Assembly (NCBI GenBank): GCA_963781395.1
Contig: CAWAFO010000006.1
Coordinates: 29,554 to 93,553 of the forward strand
Source of the DNA: an uncultured Pseudomonadota bacterium
GTDB taxonomy: Bacteria; Pseudomonadota; Gammaproteobacteria; Burkholderiales; Casimicrobiaceae
Direction of reading: 5' to 3'
DNA: 64,000 bases
The position numbers were made by a program, and so were the translations under genes. The notes under the pieces were generated by a model. That model made no database searches and was not told the origin of the DNA. It worked only from the letters and a program-made list of their open reading frames with translations. This document shows, piece by piece, positions 28,699-38,628 of this stretch. The stretch's first letter is position 1, and every line of letters starts with the position of its first letter.

Positions 28699-29955
28699 TC
28701 AATGGTAGCGGTCCGGCGACAGCGGCTCGATGTCGAACGGCGTCCGTTCGCCGCCGATCACTTGTGCGACCAGCGAGCCGGTGATCGGCGCGAGGCTCAT
28801 GCCCATCATCGCGTGGCCGGTGGCGACCACCAGATTCGGATGCCGTGCCGAGCGCCCGATGTACGGCAGGCCATCCGGCGTGCAGGGCCGCAAGCCCCGC
28901 CAAGGCACGACACGATCGAAGTCGGCGGCCGTGAAGTCCGGGTAATAGCGTGGCACGGCATCGACGATCGCACGCACCCGGTCCGCGTCGATCGTCTCGT
29001 CGAGCCCCGTGATCTCGAGCGTCCCGGCGAAACGCAACGTCTCCTGCATCGGCGACACCGAAACCCGGGCCTCGGTACAGATGGCGCCGAGCCGGGGCAT
29101 TTTGGGCGGCTTCGCCAGCGTCACGCTGTAACCCTTGCCGGCCTGCATCGGCAGCCTGACCGACAACTTTCGCGAGAGCCCCGACGACCAGGCCCCGGCC
29201 GCGAGGACGAACTCGTCGCCTTCGATGAGCGTCTCGCCGCCTGCACGCAAGCCGCGAATCCGCTTGCGGGAGTCGACTTCCCACCCGTTCACCGGTGTGT
29301 TCCACGCGAACTGCACGCCGGCGTCACGCAGCCGCTGCTGCATGGAGGCCATGAACCGTCGTGGCACCACGCTACCATCCAGGGCGAAATATACTGAGCC
29401 AACCACGTCCATGCGCACGTCGGGCTCGCGCGCGGCCGTCGCATCCGCGTCCAGGATCTCCGCCGGAATTCCGAGGCGCGTCGCGCGTTCGGCAATGTGG
29501 CTCTCCTCGTCCATCGCGCGGCGCGTCTTGCACAGCATCAGCGCACCGTTCTTCGACCATGCGAAATCGTTGAGCGGAATCGCCAGCTCGTCGAAGCATC
29601 GCCGGCTCGCGAGATTGAGGTCGCGCAGCAGTGGCGCCGCGAACGCGGCCTGCCGCGGATTCGACGCCCTCCAGAATTTCATCATCCAATCGATGAGATC
29701 CCAGGAGACGCGCGGCCGGATGTAGAACGGCGAGCGTCGGCGCAGCATCCACCGCAAGCCCTGCGCGACGGCGCCCGGGCTCGCGAGCGGCGTGAAATGG
29801 CTGGGCACCACCATGCCGGCGTTGCCGTACGAGCAGCCATCGCGCTCCTCTCCCTGCCGGTCCACGACGGTCACCCGCCAGCCACGACGGGCGCAGTACA
29901 GCGCCGTACAGAGGCCGATCGCGCCCGCGCCGACGATCACGACGTGGCGGCTCAC
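28699..29955 (-). CDS. lhpB: FAD-dependent D-amino acid dehydrogenase, probable D-hydroxyproline dehydrogenase
   Basis: VIVGAGAIG, CSYGNAG, GKGYS, GLRPCTPDGLP, GHAMMG. Confidence 0.75.
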   Translation of the reverse strand: MSRHVVIVGAGAIGLCTALYCARRGWRVTVVDRQGEERDGCSYGNAGMVVPSHFTPLASPGAVAQGLRWMLRRRSPFYIRPRVSWDLIDWMMKFWRASNPRQAAFAAPLLRDLNLASRRCFDELAIPLNDFAWSKNGALMLCKTRRAMDEESHIAERATRLGIPAEILDADATAAREPDVRMDVVGSVYFALDGSVVPRRFMASMQQRLRDAGVQFAWNTPVNGWEVDSRKRIRGLRAGGETLIEGDEFVLAAGAWSSGLSRKLSVRLPMQAGKGYSVTLAKPPKMPRLGAICTEARVSVSPMQETLRFAGTLEITGLDETIDADRVRAIVDAVPRYYPDFTAADFDRVVPWRGLRPCTPDGLPYIGRSARHPNLVVATGHAMMGMSLAPITGSLVAQVIGGERTPFDIEPLSPDRYH

Positions 29956-29956
29956 C

Positions 29957-30883
29957 TCAACGGATGCCCCAGCCGAGCGGGTCGCGTTCGTCGACGACCA
30001 GCGTCGACTCGGCGGTGACGAAGGCGCTGCCTGCGATCTCCGGCGCGACTTTGCCGTTGGCGCGGTCGAGCCACGTGTAACGGGCCGTGAAGGTGGTGCC
30101 GAGGATGCTTTCCTGGATCCATGGCGCGCCTTCGGCCAGCACGCCGTCAGCCGCGAGACACGCGACCTTGGCACTCGTGCCGGTGCCGCACGGCGAGCGG
30201 TCGTACGCGTCGCCCGGACACAGCACGAAGTTGCGCGAATCGCCCCCGGCCTCGGGCTTGCCGAACAACTCGATGTGATCGACCTGCGGATAACCGTTCG
30301 CGTTGACCGCATCGCGGATCGCGCGGCACTCCTCGCTGAGGGCCCGGATGTCGCCGCGCGCCATCGGCTGTCGATGACGATCGACGAGGAAAAACCAGTT
30401 GCCACCATAGGCGACATCGCCGGTGACGGTGCCGAGACCGGGAACGTCGACATTAAGTTGTCGATGGGCTCGCCAGCTGGCGACATTGTGCACGGCGACC
30501 TGGTTGTCCGCGTCGAGCGTCGCTTCCACGACGCCTACCGGCGTTTCGATCCGGTGCGTGCCCGGACCGATGCGCCCGAGATGCGCGAGCGTGACGATGA
30601 GGCCGATCGTGCCGTGGCCGCACATCCCGAGATGCCCGGCGTTGTTGAAGAAGAACACGCCGGCGGCGCAACCCGGATCCTCCGGCTCGACCAGCATGGC
30701 GCCGACGATTGCATCCGAGCCACGGGGCTCGTTGGCCACCGCCAACCGGTAGTGATCGAATTCGCCGCGGAACCGGTCGCGACGCGCGGCCACCGATCCG
30801 ATGCCAAGCTCGGGGCCCCCACTCACGATCACCCGCGTCGGCTCGCCGCACGTGTGCGAGTCGATCGCCTGCATCCTCAGCAC
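29957..30883 (-). CDS. lhpA: 4-hydroxyproline 2-epimerase (proline racemase family)
   Basis: IDSHTCGEPTR, MCGH, DRSPCGTGT: both catalytic Cys present. Confidence 0.8.
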   Translation of the reverse strand: MLRMQAIDSHTCGEPTRVIVSGGPELGIGSVAARRDRFRGEFDHYRLAVANEPRGSDAIVGAMLVEPEDPGCAAGVFFFNNAGHLGMCGHGTIGLIVTLAHLGRIGPGTHRIETPVGVVEATLDADNQVAVHNVASWRAHRQLNVDVPGLGTVTGDVAYGGNWFFLVDRHRQPMARGDIRALSEECRAIRDAVNANGYPQVDHIELFGKPEAGGDSRNFVLCPGDAYDRSPCGTGTSAKVACLAADGVLAEGAPWIQESILGTTFTARYTWLDRANGKVAPEIAGSAFVTAESTLVVDERDPLGWGIR

Positions 30884-30903
30884 GATGGCATTCCGCGCGT
30901 CCT

Positions 30904-31863
30904 CTATTGCGGCTCGATGTGAAGGTCGTGCGCGACCGTGGTCCAATGCTCGTCTTCCGTCCGGATCACGTCCGCGAACTGCGTTGACGTATTGCCGACG
31001 GGGATCAGTCCCGCCTGCGCAAAGCGATTGCGCACGTCGGGCAATGCGAGGATCTTCGCCGTCTCGACCTGCAGCCGCTCGATGATGGCAGATGGGGTGC
31101 CATGTGGCGCAAGCAGGCCGAGCCACTGGATCGAATCGACACCGTGGTACCCCGCCTCTTCCAGCGTCGGGATATCGGGCAGCAACGCGAACCGCTCTTT
31201 CGAGGTGACCGCAATGATGCGTATCTTGCCGGCCTTGTGCTGGGGAATCAGCGGCGTCACGCCCAGCATCGCGACGGGCACGTGATCGGCGATCAAGTCC
31301 ACGACAGCCTGGCCACCGCCTTTGTACGGCACGCCGGTGACCTCCACCCTCGCCGCCCGCCACAGGAGCTCGGCGGTCATCTGCTGCGCACTCCCGGGAC
31401 CCGGGTGCGCGTAGAAAATCTTGCCGGGATTGGCCTTGGCACGCTCGACGAGACCCTTGACGTCCGTGATGCCCAGCGACGTGTTCACCGCCAGCGCATT
31501 CGGTTGCGTCGACACCTGGGTGATGGGGACGAAGTCGCGCAGCATCTGGTACTTGATGTCCTTCACCACGAGATGCATCAGCGAGACCTGGTTCGCCGCG
31601 AGCAGGATCGTGTAGCCGTCGGGATCGCCGCGGGCAACGTCCGTGGTGCCCAGCACGCCGCCGGCGCCGCCGCGATTCTCGATGATGACCGGCTGGCCCA
31701 GCGCCGTGGCGAGCTTGTCGGCGATGGCACGCGCGGCGACATCCGTCGATCCGCCAGGCGGGAACGGCACGATCATGTGCACCGGCCTCGACGGCCATGC
31801 CTGCGCCATCGCCAGCACGGGCATCAATGCGAACAGCCAGATCGCAACGCGGATCGAACGCAT
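30904..31863 (-). CDS. Bug/TctC family periplasmic binding protein
   Basis: AWPSRPVHMIVPFPPGGSTD, IENRGGAGG, GYTILL, VPYKGGG, PDIPT. Confidence 0.9.
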   Translation of the reverse strand: MRSIRVAIWLFALMPVLAMAQAWPSRPVHMIVPFPPGGSTDVAARAIADKLATALGQPVIIENRGGAGGVLGTTDVARGDPDGYTILLAANQVSLMHLVVKDIKYQMLRDFVPITQVSTQPNALAVNTSLGITDVKGLVERAKANPGKIFYAHPGPGSAQQMTAELLWRAARVEVTGVPYKGGGQAVVDLIADHVPVAMLGVTPLIPQHKAGKIRIIAVTSKERFALLPDIPTLEEAGYHGVDSIQWLGLLAPHGTPSAIIERLQVETAKILALPDVRNRFAQAGLIPVGNTSTQFADVIRTEDEHWTTVAHDLHIEPQ

Positions 31864-31967
31864 GGCAGTTCCTCCCATGCCGTCGATTCTGGGAGGGAAC
31901 GCCCGCCTCGTCTTGTTCAATTCCATAGCAACCACTACACTTTTGGCACAACCTCGAAGCGTCGACG

Positions 31968-32729
31968 ATGGGCCCCGATATCCAGCAGGATCTGCTCGCG
32001 CGCCTGGCCGAGCCCTATCCGGCGGAGGCGCTCTTCGATTGCCTGCCCGACGTCGTCTTCTTCATCAAGAACATCCGCTGCGAGTACGTCGCGCTCAACC
32101 AGACGCTGGTGGAGCGCTGCGGGCGCCTGGCGAAGAGCGATCTCATCGGCAGGACGGCGGACGAGGTGTTTCCGTCGGCGCTCGGCCTGAGCTACCGGGC
32201 GCAGGACGAGGAGGTGCTGCGCAGCGGCATCGCGATCCGCAACCAGCTCGAGCTCCACTTCTATCCGACGGGTCGCCGCGGCTGGTGCGTGACCAACAAG
32301 TTGCCGTTGCGCAGCCGGCAGGGAAGCGTCGTCGGCCTGCACGGCTTGTCCAAGGACCTGCAGGCCGCCAACGAGCGCAGCGAGGATTTCTCGCAGGTGG
32401 CGAAAGCGGTGGCGCGAATCCAGAACGGCTACGGCCAGCCCCTCCAGGTCAGCGAGCTGGCGACGAGCGTGGGCTTGTCCGTCTATCAGTTCGAGCAGCG
32501 CATCCGCAGGATTTTCCAGGTGACGGCGGGGCAGCTGGTGCAGAAGGTGCGGATGGAAGCGGCCGTCGAGCGACTGCTGGACTCCGACGATTCGATCGCC
32601 ACGATCTCGATGAAATGCGGTTACTCCGACCAGAGCGCATTCACGCGCAAGTTTCGCGAGACGGTCGGCTTGTCGCCGCTGGAATACCGGCGCACCTTGC
32701 GCCAGCTCGCCCGCGTCTCCCCCGCATGA
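31968..32729 (+). CDS. PAS-domain AraC regulator (LhpR-like)
   Basis: LFDCLPDVVFFIKN PAS domain; CGYSDQSAFTRKF AraC HTH; divergent from the Hyp operon. Confidence 0.85.
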   Translation: MGPDIQQDLLARLAEPYPAEALFDCLPDVVFFIKNIRCEYVALNQTLVERCGRLAKSDLIGRTADEVFPSALGLSYRAQDEEVLRSGIAIRNQLELHFYPTGRRGWCVTNKLPLRSRQGSVVGLHGLSKDLQAANERSEDFSQVAKAVARIQNGYGQPLQVSELATSVGLSVYQFEQRIRRIFQVTAGQLVQKVRMEAAVERLLDSDDSIATISMKCGYSDQSAFTRKFRETVGLSPLEYRRTLRQLARVSPA

Positions 32730-32730
32730 A

Positions 32731-33240
32731 TCAGCGCTTGTCGCAGTGCTTCTGCCGCGCGAGCTGCATCAGGCGCTGGATGCGCGCGCTCGATTGCATC
32801 GCTTGGCCCTGGGCCGCGAGCGCTTGCGCCTGGGCGTTGGCCTGCCGGGTCTGCGGCGAGTTGGCCATGGCTTCATAGTCGGCGCGGTCCTTCGCCTGCT
32901 GCGCCATCATGGCCGCCGCGTACACGGCCTTCGACGCGCCAGTGGGATCGGTCGCGGCCGCGGTGGCCAGCGGTTCCATCATCATGCCTTCCGCCTGCTT
33001 CTGCGCGAGCCGCTGATGCGCGGTGGAGGCCTGTTGCTGTTGTGTCACGCCGAGTGCCGCGAGGTTGGGCGCCATCGCCTGCGCGTAAGGCGCGAGCTCG
33101 GTGGCGATGGCTTCGCACGTCATCGCGTCGTCGCCGCCGCGGATGGCCGACGCGTCAGCCGCGAGCGCCAAGCATGTGCTCCCGGCCGCGCTCACGGCAC
33201 AGAAAGCGAGCAGCATCCGGTATCGCTTCGTGTGCGCCAT
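32731..33240 (-). CDS. Secreted Gln/Ala-rich hypothetical protein
   Basis: Signal-like N-terminus, GDDAMTC, C-terminal QKHC. Confidence 0.7.
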   Translation of the reverse strand: MAHTKRYRMLLAFCAVSAAGSTCLALAADASAIRGGDDAMTCEAIATELAPYAQAMAPNLAALGVTQQQQASTAHQRLAQKQAEGMMMEPLATAAATDPTGASKAVYAAAMMAQQAKDRADYEAMANSPQTRQANAQAQALAAQGQAMQSSARIQRLMQLARQKHCDKR

Positions 33241-33253
33241 AGCATGATCCACG

Positions 33254-33667
33254 CTAATGCCTGACGCAGTGCTTCTGCGCCCAGAGCTGCTTCAGGTGAT
33301 CCATGCGCGGATTCGACGGCGGGGGCGCGAGCATCGCCATCGACCGGTCGGCCTGCCCTTCCATCGTCGCCTGCGCCGCCTGTCCCGTGCCGCCTAGGCC
33401 GCCCGCCAGCATCGCGCCGGTGAGAATCGCCGCCGATGCCCGATTCTGCTGGCGCATCTGCTCGATGTGCTGGCTGCGCGCCTGTTGATCCTGTTGCGAT
33501 TGCGCCATGCCCTGCGCGTAGATCTCGTCGCACGTCAGCGCGTCGTCACCGGGCATCGCGCCGGAAGCGCCGGGATTGCTCGCCGAGGGCAGATTGGCCG
33601 CCATCGCCAGCGGCAACCAAAACGCGCACAAGACGCAAGCCATGACCCGAGGCCGTCGTGTGGACAT
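33254..33667 (-). CDS. Secreted hypothetical protein, paralog of the adjacent gene
   Basis: Signal-like N-terminus, GDDALTC, C-terminal QKHC; GGGAG RBS. Confidence 0.7.
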   Translation of the reverse strand: MSTRRPRVMACVLCAFWLPLAMAANLPSASNPGASGAMPGDDALTCDEIYAQGMAQSQQDQQARSQHIEQMRQQNRASAAILTGAMLAGGLGGTGQAAQATMEGQADRSMAMLAPPPSNPRMDHLKQLWAQKHCVRH

Positions 33668-33779
33668 CGCGTCTCCCTTGGAAGCAACGATGTCACCCTA
33701 CCCGCCGCGAGGTGACGGATAGGGAACCGATTCGCAAGTGCCGCTTCGGGAGCGGCCGCGAGGCCGCGGACGCGCCGGG

Positions 33780-35930
33780 TTACCGACCGCCGAGTGCCAC
33801 CACCAGCGCCTCGGTGCGCGCCGACGGCTTCACGCCGAGCACGATCGACAGAAGCTCCCGGCAGCGCCGGTAGGCGTTGAGCGCTTGCGCCTGCTCGCCG
33901 CGCGCCAGGTGGCAGGCGATCAATCGCTGATAGAGCTCCTCGGCAAGGTTGTCCTGCTCCAGGCCCGCGCGATAGAGGGCGATGGCGGCATCGGGTCGGC
34001 CCGATTGCTCCAGCCGCTGGCCGAGCGCTTCGACCGCTCGGATGAACCGCGCCCGCAGCCGGTCGCGCGACGCGAGCGCCCACGAAGGCAGCTCCGCCTC
34101 GCCGAAGAGGTGGCCGCGGTAGATCGCGAACAACTGCGCGCGGCGCATTTCCAGCTCGCCGTCGTCGACGCGGCTCGCCGTCGCCCGCGAGCCGAGCAGC
34201 GACTCGATGCGGCCGCAGACGTGCTCGAACGCCCAGGTGTCGACGAACGCCAGCCGAGCGTCGAACGCGATCTGGCCGTCGCGCACCACCAGCAGGTCCG
34301 CGCCGAGCAGCGAGCGCGCGCGATGCAGCATCGTCTTCAGCGCGTCGCGCGACTCGTCGCCGGCGGCATCGGGCCACAGCATCGCCGCCGCACGTGCGGC
34401 GTCCACCTGGCGTCCGCCGAGCGCGGTGATCAGCCGCAGCAGGTCGAGCAGCCGCTTGGGCGCCTTGCGCGCGAACTTGAGGGGCGCGCCATCACGCTCG
34501 ATCGCGAAGCCTCCCAATGCGCGCACACGCAACCGCCACGGCCACGTGGCGATGCCGATGTCGGGGCAGGCAAGCGCACGCGCTTCGATCGCCTTGCGCG
34601 CAAAGGCCGGATCGGCATTCAGCTCGAGCGCGGCACCGCACAGCTCGGCGGCCACCACCGGCAGCGCGCGAAAGAAATGCGTCAGGTCGAAGCGGCGCGC
34701 GTGCGCGAAGCCGACGTTCAGCTCGGCGCGCGCTTCGTCGTGCGCCCCCTCGCGCCATTGTTGCAGCGCGCGCGTCAGGTGCACATGCACGAGGCATGGC
34801 GTCGCCTGCGCGCCATGCGACAGCGCGGCCGCGCGCGCGAACGCCCTTGCCGCGTCCTCCAGGCGGCCGAGCGCGACCAGCACGAAGCCTTGCTGCATCA
34901 GCGCGGGCGTGGTGCGCGCCGCGGTCACGCCCGCGTCCTGCATCTTGCGCATCGTCACCTGCGCATGGCTCCAGGCCTCTTCCAACGCACCCACCTGCAG
35001 CGCATGGCGCGACGCGTAGTAGTGGAACTCCCAGTAGTCGGGCGGATGCGCGGGATTCAGCAGCGGGTGCGCGGCGTCGAGGCTGCGCTTGCCGGCGGCC
35101 GAGTCGCCATTGCCGAGCGCGATCGACGCGCGGATCAGATACGACCTCGCCAGCAGCGAACGGAAATCGTGGGTGCGCGCAAGCCTCTCGAGCGTGTCGA
35201 GCTCCGCCTGCAGCCGCGGGGCCCAGGTGGCGTCGTAGAACAGCGCGTCGATCAGCATCAATTGCCACAGCGCGCGGCTGTACGGGCCGACGTCCGCCGA
35301 CATCGCAACCGCCGCGCCCGCCTGGAAGAAATCCTCGCTGCGCGCGCGATCGAGCGTAAGGCCCAGCATCGGCAGCGCCGCCGTGGCGACGCGCAGCGCG
35401 ATCTCGCGATCGACAGCGGTGCCCAACGCGGCGAAAGCGTGCTCGAGGTCATCGGTGATGCCGTCGACGCTCTCGCGCCGCTCGGCGGCGAGCATCAGGC
35501 GCGTGGCGAGCACGAAGAGCGCCAGCGGCGAGTGCTCGTCGTGCCGGCATGCCATCTGCGCGACGCGTTGCGCGCGCACGTCGAAGCCTTCATGCGACTG
35601 GTTGTCGAACAGCGTGCACTGGATCAGGCCGCACCCGGCCAGGTCGAGGCCTTCCGCATCGCCGTCGTCGGCGAAGCGCGCTTCGGCCGCCTGCCAGTCG
35701 ATGCGCGCGAGCGCAAGGTCGTCGAACTGACGGACGTAGCCGCGCCAGAAGTGCGGCCAGCCGGAGGTCGGCGCCTCGCCGACGGCATCGGGAATGGCAG
35801 CGCGCAGCGTGCGCAAGCCTTGCCGCAGAAGGTTTTCGCCTTCCGCGCAGCTTGCGATTACGACTGCACGCGGGGAACGGGCGGTGGCGCGTACGGGGAC
35901 CACGCGCAGATCGGGACGTCTTGCCGTCAT
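33780..35930 (-). CDS. TPR plus C-terminal wHTH-BTAD (SARP-like) transcriptional regulator
   Basis: LRVRALGGFAIERDG, LLDLLRLI, LWPD, LKTMLHRAR, DNLAEELYQRLI, ALNAYRRC; GGGAGG RBS. Confidence 0.85.
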   Translation of the reverse strand: MTARRPDLRVVPVRATARSPRAVVIASCAEGENLLRQGLRTLRAAIPDAVGEAPTSGWPHFWRGYVRQFDDLALARIDWQAAEARFADDGDAEGLDLAGCGLIQCTLFDNQSHEGFDVRAQRVAQMACRHDEHSPLALFVLATRLMLAAERRESVDGITDDLEHAFAALGTAVDREIALRVATAALPMLGLTLDRARSEDFFQAGAAVAMSADVGPYSRALWQLMLIDALFYDATWAPRLQAELDTLERLARTHDFRSLLARSYLIRASIALGNGDSAAGKRSLDAAHPLLNPAHPPDYWEFHYYASRHALQVGALEEAWSHAQVTMRKMQDAGVTAARTTPALMQQGFVLVALGRLEDAARAFARAAALSHGAQATPCLVHVHLTRALQQWREGAHDEARAELNVGFAHARRFDLTHFFRALPVVAAELCGAALELNADPAFARKAIEARALACPDIGIATWPWRLRVRALGGFAIERDGAPLKFARKAPKRLLDLLRLITALGGRQVDAARAAAMLWPDAAGDESRDALKTMLHRARSLLGADLLVVRDGQIAFDARLAFVDTWAFEHVCGRIESLLGSRATASRVDDGELEMRRAQLFAIYRGHLFGEAELPSWALASRDRLRARFIRAVEALGQRLEQSGRPDAAIALYRAGLEQDNLAEELYQRLIACHLARGEQAQALNAYRRCRELLSIVLGVKPSARTEALVVALGGR

Positions 35931-36105
35931 GAGCGCATCCTCCCGAGAGCCCGCAATCATAGTCCAGCCGCCGGTGCTGCAGACGCGCAACCCCCTGCTG
36001 GCGCCCGCGGAGAATTCGTTGTCGCGTCCAGGCCCGAGGGATACGATCGCTCGTCCTTGTCGTGCGCATCCCCCGGCTTCCAACGCCTTTTCCAAGGATC
36101 AGCCC

Positions 36106-36675
36106 ATGACTACTAGCCAATCGTTCCGCTGGAGCACGACTGTCCGCATCGTCATCGCGGTTGCCGCGCTGCTCACCGTTGCCACGGCGTCGGCGCAGGC
36201 GGTGCAGAACCTCACCATCGGATTCCAGGCCGCCGCAGGCGGTGCGGTGACGGCGACTGCGGTCCCGCTGTCCGACTGGTTGACGGCAAGCATCGCTCTG
36301 CTCGTTGCCGTCAGCGCGCTCGTAGTGATGCGGCGCCAGCGTCTCCGGGGCCGCAAATTGCTGAGTGCGCTGCTGGCCGTGGCCGCCAGCGCGACGATGT
36401 TCGGCGTGACAGGCGAGCGGATCATCAGCACCGCATCCGCGGTAGCGCCGGTGGTGATCCTGGATCTGACGAGCCCGACGGTCAACGTGGGGGCCCTGGT
36501 GCCGAATGCGTTCGTGCAAGTGAACGTCCTCAACAATACCGGGCAGAGCGCGCAGATCACCTCGATCACGCTCGACAACGGCATCTACCTCGTATCGACG
36601 CCGACGACCTGCACGGTCGGTGTCGTGTTGGCGCCCAGCACCACCTGCTCGATCATGTTGGCGGCGCAGTCGTAA
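36106..36675 (+). CDS. Midcut-by-XrtH-like protein
   Basis: Signal peptide, internal AVPLSDW-TM-RRQR (IPTL-CTERM-like), second TM, then a small beta domain ending TTC..G..LAPSTTC. Confidence 0.7.
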   Translation: MTTSQSFRWSTTVRIVIAVAALLTVATASAQAVQNLTIGFQAAAGGAVTATAVPLSDWLTASIALLVAVSALVVMRRQRLRGRKLLSALLAVAASATMFGVTGERIISTASAVAPVVILDLTSPTVNVGALVPNAFVQVNVLNNTGQSAQITSITLDNGIYLVSTPTTCTVGVVLAPSTTCSIMLAAQS

Positions 36676-36768
36676 CGCTCGAAGCGATCGCGGCGGCGTC
36701 CGATTCGCCGATCCGCAGGCCGTGAAAGCGGCGCTGCGAATTGGCTCGGGACACGCGCGCCGAATCCG

Positions 36769-38493
36769 CTAGCTCAGCACGAAGTGCGTGCCGTCGTCCG
36801 ACGGCCGCACGCTGACCCGGTCCTTCGGTTTCAGGCCGAGCCTCACGAGGTAGTAGAGGTCGGTGAAAACCCGTGACGCGTTGGCGACGTAGCCGTGGCC
36901 CAGCCCGAACATCTGTGCGCCCGCGGACGTCACGTCGATGGTGTCGACGCCGGGCGTGACGCAGGGTGGGTCGGCGTCGCCCGCCCGGGGATAGGCGTGC
37001 AGCGCCTTGGACAATCCGAGTGCCCGATCGGAACGCGAGGCATAGAGCGTCACCTGCCTGTATCCGCGGAACCGTGCGCTCAGCTGCCTGAAGAGCCCCG
37101 TGTCCACGTCGGGCGCCGCCAGCACCACCTGCGCGATCGGCGCGCGCGCGGTGGTCGATTGCCAGTTGGCCAGCACCTGGGTCACCGCCCGGTTGCCCAT
37201 GCTGTGGGCGACGATGTGCAACGTGGAAAGGTGCAGATTCTCCGTGACCAGTTCCAGGAAGCGCTGCAGGTTGGCCGTTGCCCAGTCGATGGTGGCGGCG
37301 TCGTGCGCATAGTCCACCGCGCTGCCTTCCGACGACCAGCTGTACAGCAGCGGCAAGCCATCGAACTTGAGATCGAACGCAAGTTGCGCCGTGCGCAATG
37401 CCGCCTCGCCGAACGAAACGTTGAATCCGTGGACGAACAGGAGTCCCGCCTTTTCGAGCGGACCCGCCGACGTCACGAAGGCGTCGAGTCCCAGCGTCCG
37501 AACGTCCGTCAGCACCATGTGCTTTTTCGGGTCTTCGCGAAACTCGATTCGCCACCACCGGGGCTGTTCGATCCGGCCCTGCCGATGAGTCGCCGGGATC
37601 GAGACTTTCGCCATTCCCAATGTCAGCGGATCCTCGGCCTCGCTGCGGCGCGAGCCGAACGCGACGTCCGCGGATCCCGGATGAAGCATCACCTGGCGGT
37701 CGGTCCCGAACCACACCTTGAGGACGGTGCGGGACGATCCTGACGTTTCCACGATGGGAACACCTTCATCGCGATCGAGTGAAGAAGCATCTTCCACGAG
37801 TCGTTCCGCGAAACGGCTGGTCGCAGTTTCCGAAGATGCTGCGCCAGGCCGCGCCGGCGATGCGTGCCGATCTTCGGCAGCGGGTCTAGCTTTTTCCGCC
37901 TGGCTCGCTGCCTCCGCAGATGCGGGCAGTGGCTGGACTCGATTCATTTCGACGCGGGCCGCAGGCTCGGCAGCGGCGGCAAGCGGTTCGACAATGGTGG
38001 CGGTGGAGGCGAGCGTTCCAAACGAGCCCGATCGCCAATACTCGCGAAACGCTTCGACGATCGGCGCCATCGATCGCGCGTCGAGACCCGCAATCTCGGC
38101 CGCGCTCAGCACGCGCAACCGGATGTTCGACGGGCGATCGCGGCGCAGGACGGGCCACATGGCGGCGCGCTCGACCACATCGCGTAGCGCCAGGACGATC
38201 ACCGGTGCGCCGCGTCGGACAGCCAGGTCCGCAATCGACTTGTGCGGCCCGTCCAGTGGTGGATCGTTCACGACCATGAGGATGGCTACGTGGCCGCCGG
38301 ACTCGAGCAGCTTGTGCAGGCGAGAGAGTGCGCGCGCTTCGCTCGCCGCGGCCACCGTCCCGGAGATCGCGGAACCGATTGCGGCGCCAACGAGCCCGGC
38401 AACCCCTTTCGCCGTGTCGTCGCCGCCCGCGTAGGTGATCAGGCAGGTGGGCGCGACGGCCGCCGTTTGTCGCTGCAACTCCGCGCCGCTCAT
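36769..38493 (-). CDS. DUF900-type alpha/beta hydrolase with an N-terminal extra domain
   Basis: VWFGTDR, FVHGFNV, LYSWSS, AHSMGNR, LAAPDVD, SRSDRAL, GHGY; GGAGG RBS. Confidence 0.85.
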   Translation of the reverse strand: MSGAELQRQTAAVAPTCLITYAGGDDTAKGVAGLVGAAIGSAISGTVAAASEARALSRLHKLLESGGHVAILMVVNDPPLDGPHKSIADLAVRRGAPVIVLALRDVVERAAMWPVLRRDRPSNIRLRVLSAAEIAGLDARSMAPIVEAFREYWRSGSFGTLASTATIVEPLAAAAEPAARVEMNRVQPLPASAEAASQAEKARPAAEDRHASPARPGAASSETATSRFAERLVEDASSLDRDEGVPIVETSGSSRTVLKVWFGTDRQVMLHPGSADVAFGSRRSEAEDPLTLGMAKVSIPATHRQGRIEQPRWWRIEFREDPKKHMVLTDVRTLGLDAFVTSAGPLEKAGLLFVHGFNVSFGEAALRTAQLAFDLKFDGLPLLYSWSSEGSAVDYAHDAATIDWATANLQRFLELVTENLHLSTLHIVAHSMGNRAVTQVLANWQSTTARAPIAQVVLAAPDVDTGLFRQLSARFRGYRQVTLYASRSDRALGLSKALHAYPRAGDADPPCVTPGVDTIDVTSAGAQMFGLGHGYVANASRVFTDLYYLVRLGLKPKDRVSVRPSDDGTHFVLS

Positions 38494-38628
38494 GCGTCCT
38501 CCGTTGCGCCCGCTGTCGCCCGAACGGACGCAGCGCGGCAAATTCTAGACGCATGCCGTTGCCGATGGCGAGGGGTTGCCCGCTCGCCGGCTGTGGCAAA
38601 CTGCCCCAATCGCATCAATATTGCATCG

